A stretch of 63,044 bases of DNA, filler included, from Nanobdellati archaeon (GTDB taxonomy: Archaea; Nanobdellota; Nanobdellia; Woesearchaeales; JAADFO01), in assembly GCA_013152815.1 (NCBI GenBank). It is 8 parts of 8 records of this genome, joined end to end, with 100 filler letters (N's around TTAATTAATTAA, not from the genome) between each part and the next. Parts side by side here need not be neighbours in the genome. Positions count along the whole stretch, not along the records: positions 32,293 to 39,880 come from JAADFO010000023.1; positions 39,981 to 52,142 come from JAADFO010000025.1; 6 more parts are not named here. One strand, 5' to 3'. This document shows, piece after piece, positions 39,167 to 48,500 of the stretch. The translations under genes and the position numbers were made by a program. The number at the start of each line of letters is the position of its first letter. Positions within the stretch are counted from its first letter, which is position 1. Below the pieces are notes generated by a model. The model was given only the letters and a program-made list of their open reading frames with translations, was not told the origin of the DNA and ran no database searches.

Positions 39167-39346
39167 ATGAGCAAGAGAAGAAGCAAAAAGGAGAGAAAAA
39201 TGGCCGAGAGGGTGGAAAACGAACAAAAGGTCTGCCCAGTTTGTGGTAGGCCGCTGGATGATGACACTATCGAGGGCTGTGCTGTATGTAATGGCGGTGA
39301 TGAAATAGTAGATTACAGTGTAGACGAGTTCTGTGACGTGCCGTAG
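39167..39346 (+). CDS. Small Zn-finger protein (not in the ORF track)
   Basis: AAGGAGG site; ...KVCPVCGRPLDDDTIEGCAVCNGG... Confidence 0.62.
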   Translation: MSKRRSKKERKMAERVENEQKVCPVCGRPLDDDTIEGCAVCNGGDEIVDYSVDEFCDVP

Positions 39347-39360
39347 AGGAGGGTAAGATT

Positions 39361-39570
39361 ATGGAGGATTTCTTCCAACTCCATGATATTGACAAAGAGA
39401 CCATGGACTTACTAAACAACTGTGGGCTGCCGGTTAAATATTACAGCTCTGATCTTAGCTATGGCTATATGGACAGGATCGAGCGTCCATATTCAGTCCC
39501 GCCCGAGATAACAGATATAATTCTTGATGAGGACGAAGAGCCGATAGAGATAAGGTTCTATTGGATATAG
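39361..39570 (+). CDS. Hypothetical acidic viral protein
   Basis: GAGGAGG site; last ORF of the array. Confidence 0.62.
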   Translation: MEDFFQLHDIDKETMDLLNNCGLPVKYYSSDLSYGYMDRIERPYSVPPEITDIILDEDEEPIEIRFYWI

Positions 39571-39764
39571 ATCCCCCCGTTGATGCTTTAGCCCTCTTTT
39601 ACTTACTAGTAAAAGTAGTAGAAATAATAATAATAATAATAATATAGACAGGAATCCCCCGTTGATTCCTGTAGTTAGTTATTAATAGTTATATTCTTAG
39701 GGCCGGAGAGGTAAGATATTTCATTACCTATTGGCCCGGAAGTAAATATATGAATTATATAAGG

Positions 39765-39836
39765 GTAAGAGATTGGATGTACTGTATGGGTAAGAGAGTG
39801 AGAGATGAGTAAGAGAGGTAAGAGGTACTGTAAGAG
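39765..39836 (+). repeat. Five copies of GTAAGAG in a purine-rich tract
   Basis: Copies at 39765, 39790, 39809, 39818 and 39830. Confidence 0.7.
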
Positions 39837-39880
39837 TATATAGGTTAGAGAGGAGTTTATAGAGGTTGATTAAATAAGTA

Positions 39881-39980
39881 NNNNNNNNNNNNNNNNNNNN
39901 NNNNNNNNNNNNNNNNNNNNNNNNTTAATTAATTAANNNNNNNNNNNNNNNNNNNNNNNNNNNNNNNNNNNNNNNNNNNN
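39881..39980. other. Artificial contig spacer
   Basis: N-run with TTAATTAATTAA. Confidence 0.99.
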
Positions 39981-39981
39981 A

Positions 39982-41646
39982 TCTTACAAGAACTGGTGGG
40001 TCGAGATCGGGGTGGAGAATGATGCCCCAAAAGACTGGAAAGAATATTGGATCCATTATATTCACGGGGATACTAATCCTATTGACGATGGTGCAGTCAG
40101 TCCTTACGCCATTCCTGACCTGCTTATCGGAGATAATTTTGAGTATGGTGCTGATCTGGGAAGCACCGGCCTGGTCCAGGCACAGGAAGCACATAATGTC
40201 ATGGTCTCGAATGTCGCATCCAAAGCAGACGGGATGTATCCTGATTCCATCCTGGCGTTCGCTAACACCGATGGTTCAGAGACGACGGATGTCACCGACA
40301 ACCGCAGGATGGCATGGATCAGTATCACTCACGGAGTTCACTTTAATTCCTATGATGAAGTGGATCCTGCAGATCCTCCTCCTTTCCTGGATGCCTTCAG
40401 GATACTCATGGATTTCATCCAGAAAGACCGGAGCGGACACACCATAGAGCATGTGCTTCCCTTGATGCATCCTGACCAGAACATCGTTTCCGGAGGTCAT
40501 GCGTTGCGTAATGATGCTGGCAAGCCTGAGAGGTATCTCGTATTCGCGACGGCCGGGACAGATCCGATTGTCCAGATATCATCAGAGGGATTGCAGATAA
40601 CAAGAATCGATACCACCACCGGCACGGAGACTTCTGTCGGCACGACCCATGCGGGATCGAATACGCTGGCAGGGACTGGACACGATACGGCATGGTGGAT
40701 AGAATCACGTTCAGAAGAAAAGTCGCAAGAGACTCAAAATTTACTCAATTATCTGGAAGGTTTGCCTTCTCGTCCATCTGATAAGGTTTTGTCTGGTCAG
40801 ATGGGTGAAGATGCGTATGGACCGGAACAGGATGTTGATAATATTCTTGCTAAAAGTGACGGTATAAAACCTGCTCTTGTTGGTGCAGATTATACTTTTA
40901 TCAGCAAGGGTGGCAAGGTAAGTGTTGCAGATGTCAACAATTATCTTATTAACTATTATGCGGGAGGGGGTTTAGTCACCGTAAGTATGCATCCTGATAA
41001 CCCTGTTACTGGTGGAAATCGTAAGGATACAACTCCTGTTGATATTGATGAATTAATAACAGACGGCACTTCTACCAATCTTGCTTATCGACAAAGCTTA
41101 GATGAGGTCGCAGCAGGTCTTCAACAATTACAGGATAATGGTGTTTCAGTTCTTTTCCGTTCTTTGCATGAGATGAACGGTGGCTGGTTCTGGTGGGGAA
41201 AGATAGATCCCCAAGATTACAAGAATTTATGGATTTATACTCATGACTATCTTATATACACAAAAGGGCTTCACAATTTAATCTGGATTTATTCTCCAAA
41301 TGCCAATTCAGGCAATTATCTAACGTATTATCCTGGCAATGATTATGTAGATATCGTGGGTCTTGACTATTATGGTTCTGGTCAATTGCCAAAACTCGGG
41401 GGATATGATGATTTGTTAACTACAGGCAAACCCTTTGGCATATCTGAATTTGGTTTTTGCAGTTCATCTGGTTCTGGTTGTGACACTCCAAGAGATTCCA
41501 AAATAATAATTGATGGCATAAGAGATAATATGCCTGATACAATTTATTGGTTGAATTGGGCGGGGGTTTGGCAACTTGGGAATAATTACAATGTAAAAGA
41601 GCTACTCGAAGATCCATGGGTGGTCAATAGCGGAGAAATTGGATAG
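39982..41646 (+). CDS. Modular protein with C-terminal GH26 (beta-mannanase-like) domain, 5'-truncated
   Basis: VLFRSLHEMNGGWFWWG (acid/base Glu), YYPGNDYVDIVGLDYY, KPFGISEFG (nucleophile Glu); the frame is open to the contig edge. Confidence 0.9.
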   Translation, partial: SYKNWWVEIGVENDAPKDWKEYWIHYIHGDTNPIDDGAVSPYAIPDLLIGDNFEYGADLGSTGLVQAQEAHNVMVSNVASKADGMYPDSILAFANTDGSETTDVTDNRRMAWISITHGVHFNSYDEVDPADPPPFLDAFRILMDFIQKDRSGHTIEHVLPLMHPDQNIVSGGHALRNDAGKPERYLVFATAGTDPIVQISSEGLQITRIDTTTGTETSVGTTHAGSNTLAGTGHDTAWWIESRSEEKSQETQNLLNYLEGLPSRPSDKVLSGQMGEDAYGPEQDVDNILAKSDGIKPALVGADYTFISKGGKVSVADVNNYLINYYAGGGLVTVSMHPDNPVTGGNRKDTTPVDIDELITDGTSTNLAYRQSLDEVAAGLQQLQDNGVSVLFRSLHEMNGGWFWWGKIDPQDYKNLWIYTHDYLIYTKGLHNLIWIYSPNANSGNYLTYYPGNDYVDIVGLDYYGSGQLPKLGGYDDLLTTGKPFGISEFGFCSSSGSGCDTPRDSKIIIDGIRDNMPDTIYWLNWAGVWQLGNNYNVKELLEDPWVVNSGEIG

Positions 41647-41772
41647 TATCATAGTATCACAGTTCATAACTCGCATAAAGAGGCACAGAATGAGAAACCA
41701 AAAAACGTCGTTTGGAATGCATAAGTTTGATACCCCCCTAGCTATCTGTCTTTTTTCCCTAGTGTTTCTCTT

Positions 41773-41863
41773 CTTCGCGACGGTCGGGGCGGATCCGATT
41801 GTCCGGATATCATCAGATGGATTGCAGATAACGAGAGTCGATACGATACTGCCTGGTGGATAG
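41773..41863 (+). repeat. Degenerate second copy of 40543-40703, with an internal deletion
   Basis: TTCGCGACGG(C/T)CGGG(A/G)C(A/G)GATCCGATTGTCC(A/G)GATATCATCAGA(G/T)GGATTGCAGATAAC... and GATAC(G/T)GC(A/C)TGGTGGATAGA occur in both copies. Confidence 0.85.
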
Positions 41864-41933
41864 AGAACGGGTCCTGACTGGCCTTAACAACCAAATGAAC
41901 GTGGAAAAAATGAATGAACCGGACGATCTCAGG

Positions 41934-44510
41934 ATGACACCTGTCTATCCTGCAAAGAAAGCACCATGCATCTCAAAGAGGTGCATGGCTCTCCCTCTCA
42001 TGCTCGGAATGGTCCTCCTGTTCAGCAATATCGCCCTTGCCTCTTCGGGCTCGTCTCTGTCAGGGACCACGACCGTCAGCAACACCCAGGTGACCATCGA
42101 GGGGGCTGGCGACGACATCTGGAACAATCATGACTACTTCCGCTACTTCTACAGGGCCGCATCGGGCGACTTCGACATCTATGTCAAGGTGAAATCTCTG
42201 GAAGACTGGAATGAGGATGACCTGGGCTGGGCGAAGGCAGGCCTGATGTTCCGTGCATCTTTGGACGATGATGCGAAGAATGTCTACTGGGCATCCACCG
42301 TCTCGAAGCTCATCTTCCAGAAGCGGGCAGCGACCGGAGGGACCACCAGTTCACAGAAAGACCTTGACCATGTCGCTCCCATCTGGCTGCGACTGAAGCG
42401 GACAGGGAATGTCTTCGACGCGTATTTTTCTTCTGACGGAGCATCCTGGACATCCTTCTCCTCCGCTTCTGTCTCCATGCCTACCACCCTCTATGTCGGC
42501 ATGGCTGTCACCTCGAACCAGCCGGACATCCTCTTCACCGCAGTCTTCGACCAGGTGCATGTCTCTGATACTAATTTCACTTCACCTCCTTCTGGAAATT
42601 ATTTCCAGCCAGGTCAGATTATCGAGGCAGAGGACGGAGACCTGCAGAGTCCCATGGTGATGGCTTCGACCGCATCCCCTGTCGATACAAGCGCTCCGCC
42701 GGTCTGCGGCGACAATATGTGTGAAGGGAATGAGCAGAGTACCTGTCCTGATGACTGTCCGGGGACGGCCGTCACTTCCACTGACCTGTATGGTTCCCGG
42801 ACTTCCTATGCCTGTGATTATTATGCTTCTCCCGATGGTGAGAGTGATGGGCGTTCTGAGAGCGGCCCTTTCAGGATTGCTGATTTTTGGGGTGTTGCTG
42901 AGCCGGGTGATACGTTGTGCCTGTTGGATGGGACATATAAAGGAATTAATTCAATGATTCAACCTCCTAGCGGATTGTCCGGAACAGATGGAAATCCGAT
43001 CAGGGTTGTTGCGTTGCATGACGGCCAGGCTTTTATTGATGGGGAAGGCAAGCATGGTCCTGTCAGTCTGGATGATGCGCATTGGCTTGTCTTTGAAGGG
43101 TTTAATGCGCACAGCGCGAAGACCACCGATAGTTCTGTGGAGAATAGTGTTGCCTACATGACCTCTTCGGATAATATCGTTTTCAGGCGTATTGTCGGTT
43201 GGGATTCAAAGGATGCAAATACTGCCATCTTTGAGGTGGGTTACCATTCCAAGAATGTGTTGATCGAGGATTCTGCAGGTTTCGGCATCGCGAGAAAGAT
43301 ATTCGGTCAGCATTGGGTCAGCAATACAGGTGATGATTATGATGAACGCATTACCGAGTCCGCACACAACATCTTTAGGAGGGTTTTCGGGAGATCCGAG
43401 AAGAGTTCGTTGGATGATCATCAGACCTGCGGGCAGGGCGTGATGACCGTCGGGTATAATTCCAACGATAATCTGATAGAAAATGGGATCGCAACCATCG
43501 ATGGCTATCTGGGGACTGACCTCGATGCTTGTCCTGGCACGCCCCATAATATGGGATTCCTCGATGATCGGCAGTATGATATGAGAAATCAGATCCTGGG
43601 AAGCATTTCTTACAGGACATCTGCTGAGCGTGTCGGGGGGACCGATACGGAAAGCCTGTTTCTCGCTTCAAGCAATCATATGAAAATCAGGGATATTCTT
43701 GTGGTGGTCGAGGATCCCGAAGATACGTATGGGCAGACAGCATATGGGCAGATTGATGGTGTGCTGCTTGAGAAGACTGCGGAGATCAACAGATATAATT
43801 ATGATCTGGATGCGAGTTATCTGACCTTCATCGGCGGTCCAGGGACGAAAATAAAGAACAATGACGCTGCCAGCATCAATACCTTGATTGTTCAGGGAGC
43901 GACATGGAACGAAGATAAGAATACCATCGATGACTTCAATGAGGGGTTTGTTCCTGCTACAGGTCTTTGGGCACCCATCACTAGTCAGCTTCCTCCTGAG
44001 TATGTCATGTTTTGGGACAACACCAACAACTACAATCATCAGACCGCGCCCGAACATTATTCTGTCGAGGATCCTGATCTGGTCGGCCGGTTCGGTAACC
44101 TGTTGCAGTATGGGACCGGCGAACGACCGAAGGTTGATGGTGAAGCGGTCGGTGCGCAGATCGCTTGCAGGTATGAGGATGGTGTTCTTACGGTTTGTGG
44201 CCCTGGCCGATGGATGAGCGTATCCGGGTCGCTACCTGTATGTATGACGAGCATCAGACCAAAGAATACTGTGAATCCCATCCGGAACTGGGCGTCGATG
44301 TCACCAAGACTGTTTTTGAGTTGGGGGGCGGTAGTGTCCCTGATTTTGACACGCTCAATCCGATCGTCTGCCCTGGCGGCGATTATTCTGATGTTGAACC
44401 CAGCTGTTCTGACGGAGTGCAGAACCAGGACGAGACAGGTGTTGATTGTGGAGGATCTTGCGCTGCCTGCTCTTCTGTCCCTTCACCCGGCCAACTGGTG
44501 CTTGACGTGA
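41934..44510 (+). CDS. Secreted modular protein: ConA-like (DUF1349-type) domain, Cys-rich linker and right-handed beta-helix (pectate-lyase-like); N-terminal frame, real homology ends near 44192
   Basis: Hydrophobic signal region; GAGDDIWN..D.FRYFY...GDFDI.V.V...WAKAGLMFR; CGDNMCEGNEQSTCPDDC; YYASPDG...PGDTLCLLDGTY...SGTDGNPIRV. Start codon uncertain. Confidence 0.8.
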   Translation: MTPVYPAKKAPCISKRCMALPLMLGMVLLFSNIALASSGSSLSGTTTVSNTQVTIEGAGDDIWNNHDYFRYFYRAASGDFDIYVKVKSLEDWNEDDLGWAKAGLMFRASLDDDAKNVYWASTVSKLIFQKRAATGGTTSSQKDLDHVAPIWLRLKRTGNVFDAYFSSDGASWTSFSSASVSMPTTLYVGMAVTSNQPDILFTAVFDQVHVSDTNFTSPPSGNYFQPGQIIEAEDGDLQSPMVMASTASPVDTSAPPVCGDNMCEGNEQSTCPDDCPGTAVTSTDLYGSRTSYACDYYASPDGESDGRSESGPFRIADFWGVAEPGDTLCLLDGTYKGINSMIQPPSGLSGTDGNPIRVVALHDGQAFIDGEGKHGPVSLDDAHWLVFEGFNAHSAKTTDSSVENSVAYMTSSDNIVFRRIVGWDSKDANTAIFEVGYHSKNVLIEDSAGFGIARKIFGQHWVSNTGDDYDERITESAHNIFRRVFGRSEKSSLDDHQTCGQGVMTVGYNSNDNLIENGIATIDGYLGTDLDACPGTPHNMGFLDDRQYDMRNQILGSISYRTSAERVGGTDTESLFLASSNHMKIRDILVVVEDPEDTYGQTAYGQIDGVLLEKTAEINRYNYDLDASYLTFIGGPGTKIKNNDAASINTLIVQGATWNEDKNTIDDFNEGFVPATGLWAPITSQLPPEYVMFWDNTNNYNHQTAPEHYSVEDPDLVGRFGNLLQYGTGERPKVDGEAVGAQIACRYEDGVLTVCGPGRWMSVSGSLPVCMTSIRPKNTVNPIRNWASMSPRLFLSWGAVVSLILTRSIRSSALAAIILMLNPAVLTECRTRTRQVLIVEDLALPALLSLHPANWCLT

Positions 44511-45478
44511 CTGTTCACGGTAATCGTCTCTATCTCGGCGACGGTTCCTATTTCCCTTCAACCCATTTCCTCCATGCAGGTTCGGGCTCTGCAAGGGAAC
44601 AGCTCTACAGCCATCTCTACCTGTCTCCGGACATCTCGGACAGCGACCGCAGCAGCATCAAGCAAGGGCTCCTCGACAAGGGCCACAACACCATCTATAT
44701 CTATACCTTCAACGAGAACGACTACAAGGACAAATCCTCGGGCCAGACCTATCATATCACTCCTTATAAGGATGCCCTCTGGGGCGGAGACTTCGACGAT
44801 AACAAGCTGGCAGACTGGCACCAGAAGATGCAGGCATTGCTGGATGCCGGTCTGAGACCGGTCCTCTGGCTGTTCCCTGACGACTCTCCGACCATCAAGA
44901 ATGCCGACACTGCCGAGCTGAAAAGATATATCAACAAGATGGTGCAGGAGTTCGATGATCTTCCTATCATGTATGTCCTGGCGTTGGAGGCTGACGAGTA
45001 CTGGTCCTCATCCAGAATCAATGAGCTGGGCGAATACCTCGGTTCATTGACCGTTCGCCCTGTCGGCCTGCACCAGCTCAATGGCAAGGCAGATCTGATG
45101 AGAGGCTCCTGGGTAGATTTCGGGGCTTATCAGTACGGTTTCGACAAGACCTGGCAGGACATCTACACCGACACCCTCGACAAGCGCGATTATATCGGTG
45201 CAAAGCCTCTCATCGGGGCAGAGTATGATCTTGATGACGACTTTGGTTCGCAACAGCGGGGACTTGCCGCTGCCTTTGCCTGGACGGCAGGAGTCGGCAA
45301 TGGCGCACCCGTCTCTCTGGATGAGTTCATGGCAGCGCTTCCTGATGATATGGTGCCTTCCCGTTCTGGCGATACGCTTTGCCTGCAGTCCGGTGATGTC
45401 GTCGCCACGGCAGACATGAATACGTTGGACTACAGCAAGTGTGAAGGTTGCGACAATCCCTGTACAGCCTACGGGTGA
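44195..45478 (+). CDS. Frameshifted C-terminal continuation: Cys-rich repeat plus putative clan GH-A TIM-barrel domain
   Basis: LWPWPMDERI continues RYEDGVLT from the previous frame; CSDGVQNQDETGVDCGGSC; LALEADEY and KPLIGAEY are candidate catalytic Glu motifs. Confidence 0.7.
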   Translation: MWPWPMDERIRVATCMYDEHQTKEYCESHPELGVDVTKTVFELGGGSVPDFDTLNPIVCPGGDYSDVEPSCSDGVQNQDETGVDCGGSCAACSSVPSPGQLVLDVTVHGNRLYLGDGSYFPSTHFLHAGSGSAREQLYSHLYLSPDISDSDRSSIKQGLLDKGHNTIYIYTFNENDYKDKSSGQTYHITPYKDALWGGDFDDNKLADWHQKMQALLDAGLRPVLWLFPDDSPTIKNADTAELKRYINKMVQEFDDLPIMYVLALEADEYWSSSRINELGEYLGSLTVRPVGLHQLNGKADLMRGSWVDFGAYQYGFDKTWQDIYTDTLDKRDYIGAKPLIGAEYDLDDDFGSQQRGLAAAFAWTAGVGNGAPVSLDEFMAALPDDMVPSRSGDTLCLQSGDVVATADMNTLDYSKCEGCDNPCTAYG

Positions 45479-45536
45479 GGGTTGTCCAGGAAAACACACC
45501 TCAAAGGAATCGCATATCTATACTCAGGGGCGGAAC

Positions 45537-48500
45537 ATGAAACCACACAGCATCCTGCTCGTCTTTTTCGTCCTGTTCCTCTTCTCCCTGCCTGTCCTTG
45601 CCGGCACAGATACCATCGAAGCCGAGCATGGTGCCACAGGAACCTTTTCTATCCACGAGGCTGTCTCTGCGTCCAACCAGGCATATGTTGCCGCGACGAA
45701 GAAGTATGACGGCAGCAGGGCAAGCTACCGATTCTCCATCCCTGTGGAGGGAACCTATCAGGTAAAGGCCCGTATCCTGACACCTGACCCGACCTGGGTG
45801 CATGATTCCTTCTTTGTCGGCATGGATGATGAGCCCGCAGACCATGATGATGACTATGCCTGGCATACCGGTCCCCATGAGACCTTTGAATGGGTGCAGG
45901 TGACGAGAAAAAACCTTCCTGACTCCTGGGTTTTGTCGGCAGGGACGCACACGGTCCACTTCTATGTGCGGGAGAACGACACCCATCTCGACGCAATCCG
46001 CATCCCCGGTGCAGCGATGATCTGCGACCAGCCTGGTTGCGCTTCTGAAAACGTCACCGAGAATGATACCTCGCCTGGAAACGACACTTTCTGCCCGGGC
46101 GATGCCAACGGTGATGACAAGGTGGATGTCCTTGACCTCAACATCGTCTCGGTCAACTACGGACTTTCCTCTGGCTTCGACAGCAGGGCAGACCTCAACG
46201 GTGACGGTGTTGTCGATGTGGTCGACATCGTCTCGGTCAACTACGGGACGACCTGTGCAGGGACACCATCCTCTGAGGAGACCATGACGCTTGTCGACGG
46301 TTTCTCAGGATGGGCAAGCCATGATGTGGACTTCTCCTCTGGCATGGGCGGTGCATCCCCTACAAGCACCTTCGCTGCTTCTCCTGTCGGAACGAGCCCT
46401 GCCGATCCCGCTAACAGGATAACCGGCTTTGCCGCTGCCTCCTCAGGAGGTTCGACCGATGATACGTCGTACCATTGGACGCAGATCGGTCCTGGCGCAG
46501 GCGGATGGTTCCGGGCCGTCCGGTTCCATCCGGACGATCCGAACATCGTCTACATGGGCGGGGACAGGTCAGGCATGCACAAATCCTACGATGGAGGGAA
46601 GACCTGGAAGATACGCTCAGATGGTTTGTACCATCATTCCATCGAGGACATCGCTGTCTATGGCGACACGGTCATCATCGCCACCAACGGCGGCGTCTAC
46701 AAGTCTGAGGATGCGGGAGAGCATTGGAAGTATGTCTGGGAAAGCATCATCGGTCCTCTGCAGAGGACCGGCGAGGTCGACCAGCGGAGCTGGATAGCCT
46801 CTGTCTTTATCCATCCTGCCGACCCGAACCTGATGTTCGCCGGATCAGGAGGACATCATCCTTGGTATTCCCATCCGGACGAGACCAACATCTACCGGTC
46901 TACGGACGGCGGCGAGACCTGGGAGATCTTCAACACCGGCTTGCTGGAGCATTCCAACGACGTCATCCTCTCCTTCAGCGGCGACCCTCACGATGAGAAC
47001 ATCGTCTTTGCAGGGACGAGGAACAACCTCTACAGGTCGACCGATGCAGGGAAGACCTGGTCGCGCATCCGTCCGAAGGGCAGCTGGTACAGCGTCGTCG
47101 ATCCGAAGGACGGAAATATTGTCTATACTGCCGACTACATGACCTCTGGCGGAAGGAACGTCTACAAGTCTACCGATGGCGGGCATTCCTGGATGACTGC
47201 CTATGGTGGCATGGATGAGGATGCGATAGCAGAGGAGATCCATTTCGATCCGAAGAATCCTGAGAACCTTTATGCTGGCATCCGCAGCCGATCCATCAGG
47301 CAGATCTACAAATCCATTGATGGAGGGACTTCCTGGCAGAACATCGGCGTTCCTGACTGGTCAGCATATAATGCGTTGCCTGCCTGGCTCAAGGCAGGCG
47401 TTGCTACCTCTTTCGACGTGCAATCGGGCAAGATCATCTTTGTTCCCACGATCCTGCTCAGTGACAATGACGGTCAGACGTGGGAGCCAGGCTATACCGT
47501 GGATATGGGCAATGATTACTGGAAAGGGACCGGTCCCGAGATCCTGGTCGCAAGGAAGACGGCCATCCATCCCACCATCCCCGGCAAGATATATTCTGTC
47601 GTCGCAGATAAGGGCCTGCTGATGAGCCTTGACTATGGCGATACCTGGAAGCATCTCAAGCAGGTCGAGGAGACCTACACTGCTGAAAAGATGGATGAGA
47701 ATGGCAATCCTTACAAGTGCTATTCAGGATGGAACCTTGCTCTTGACAAGAACAATCCGGACATCATGTATGCAGGCATGATATGGAATCTCAAGGATAC
47801 GAACGGTGAGAGTGTCGGCGTGATCACTAAATCTACGGACGGCGGCGAGACCTGGAACGAGCTGCGGGGGCTTCCTGAAAGAAGATCCCAGTGGCTGTCA
47901 ACATTGCAGAATGGCGATGTCTTTGTCTATCTTCAGTGGAACGGGCTCTGGAGAAGCCAGAACGGCGGAAGCTCCTGGGTGCATGTCTCTGATGGGCTCC
48001 CGAACAACGTTGCAGGGGTTGTCCTTCCTGATCCACGTGATGAAAACACCGTCTATCTCACTGTCCAATGGGAAGGGCTCTGGAAATCAACCCGGGGAGG
48101 AGACCGGAACAGCTGGACCAAGATGGCCGACGGCGTCATCACCCATCCGAAATCCCTGGACATCGGTCCTGACGGCACGATCTGGATCGGCCAGGGAAGC
48201 AGCAATACCGGCGTCTGGAAGTCCACCGACGGCGGTGAACATTTCACTCGAGTATTCAAGCTCGAGACCGACCAGTATGGCATCAATGCAGGCGACAAGA
48301 TCCAGTATGCTGATGTCGCCGTCGACCCTGCTGATCCTGATACGGTCTATGTCGGCATGAAGGACAGCGGCATCGTCAACCGCGTCTGGGTCGGTCCTGG
48401 GGTGTATGTGACCCGTGATGGAGGCCAGACCTGGAGTTCGCTCAATGATGGGCTTGTCCATGGCAATGTCTATGGCATCGACATTGATTCCCTGTCTGGC

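Larger units (their letters stand above)
32293..39880 (+). mobile_element. Virus/phage-like contig (early-gene-type region); host and membership of the bin uncertain
   Basis: About 20 short co-directional, mostly orphan ORFs, nearly all with AAGGAG(G) sites; several CxxC proteins; intergenic hairpins. No capsid, terminase or integrase gene is visible. Confidence 0.7.
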
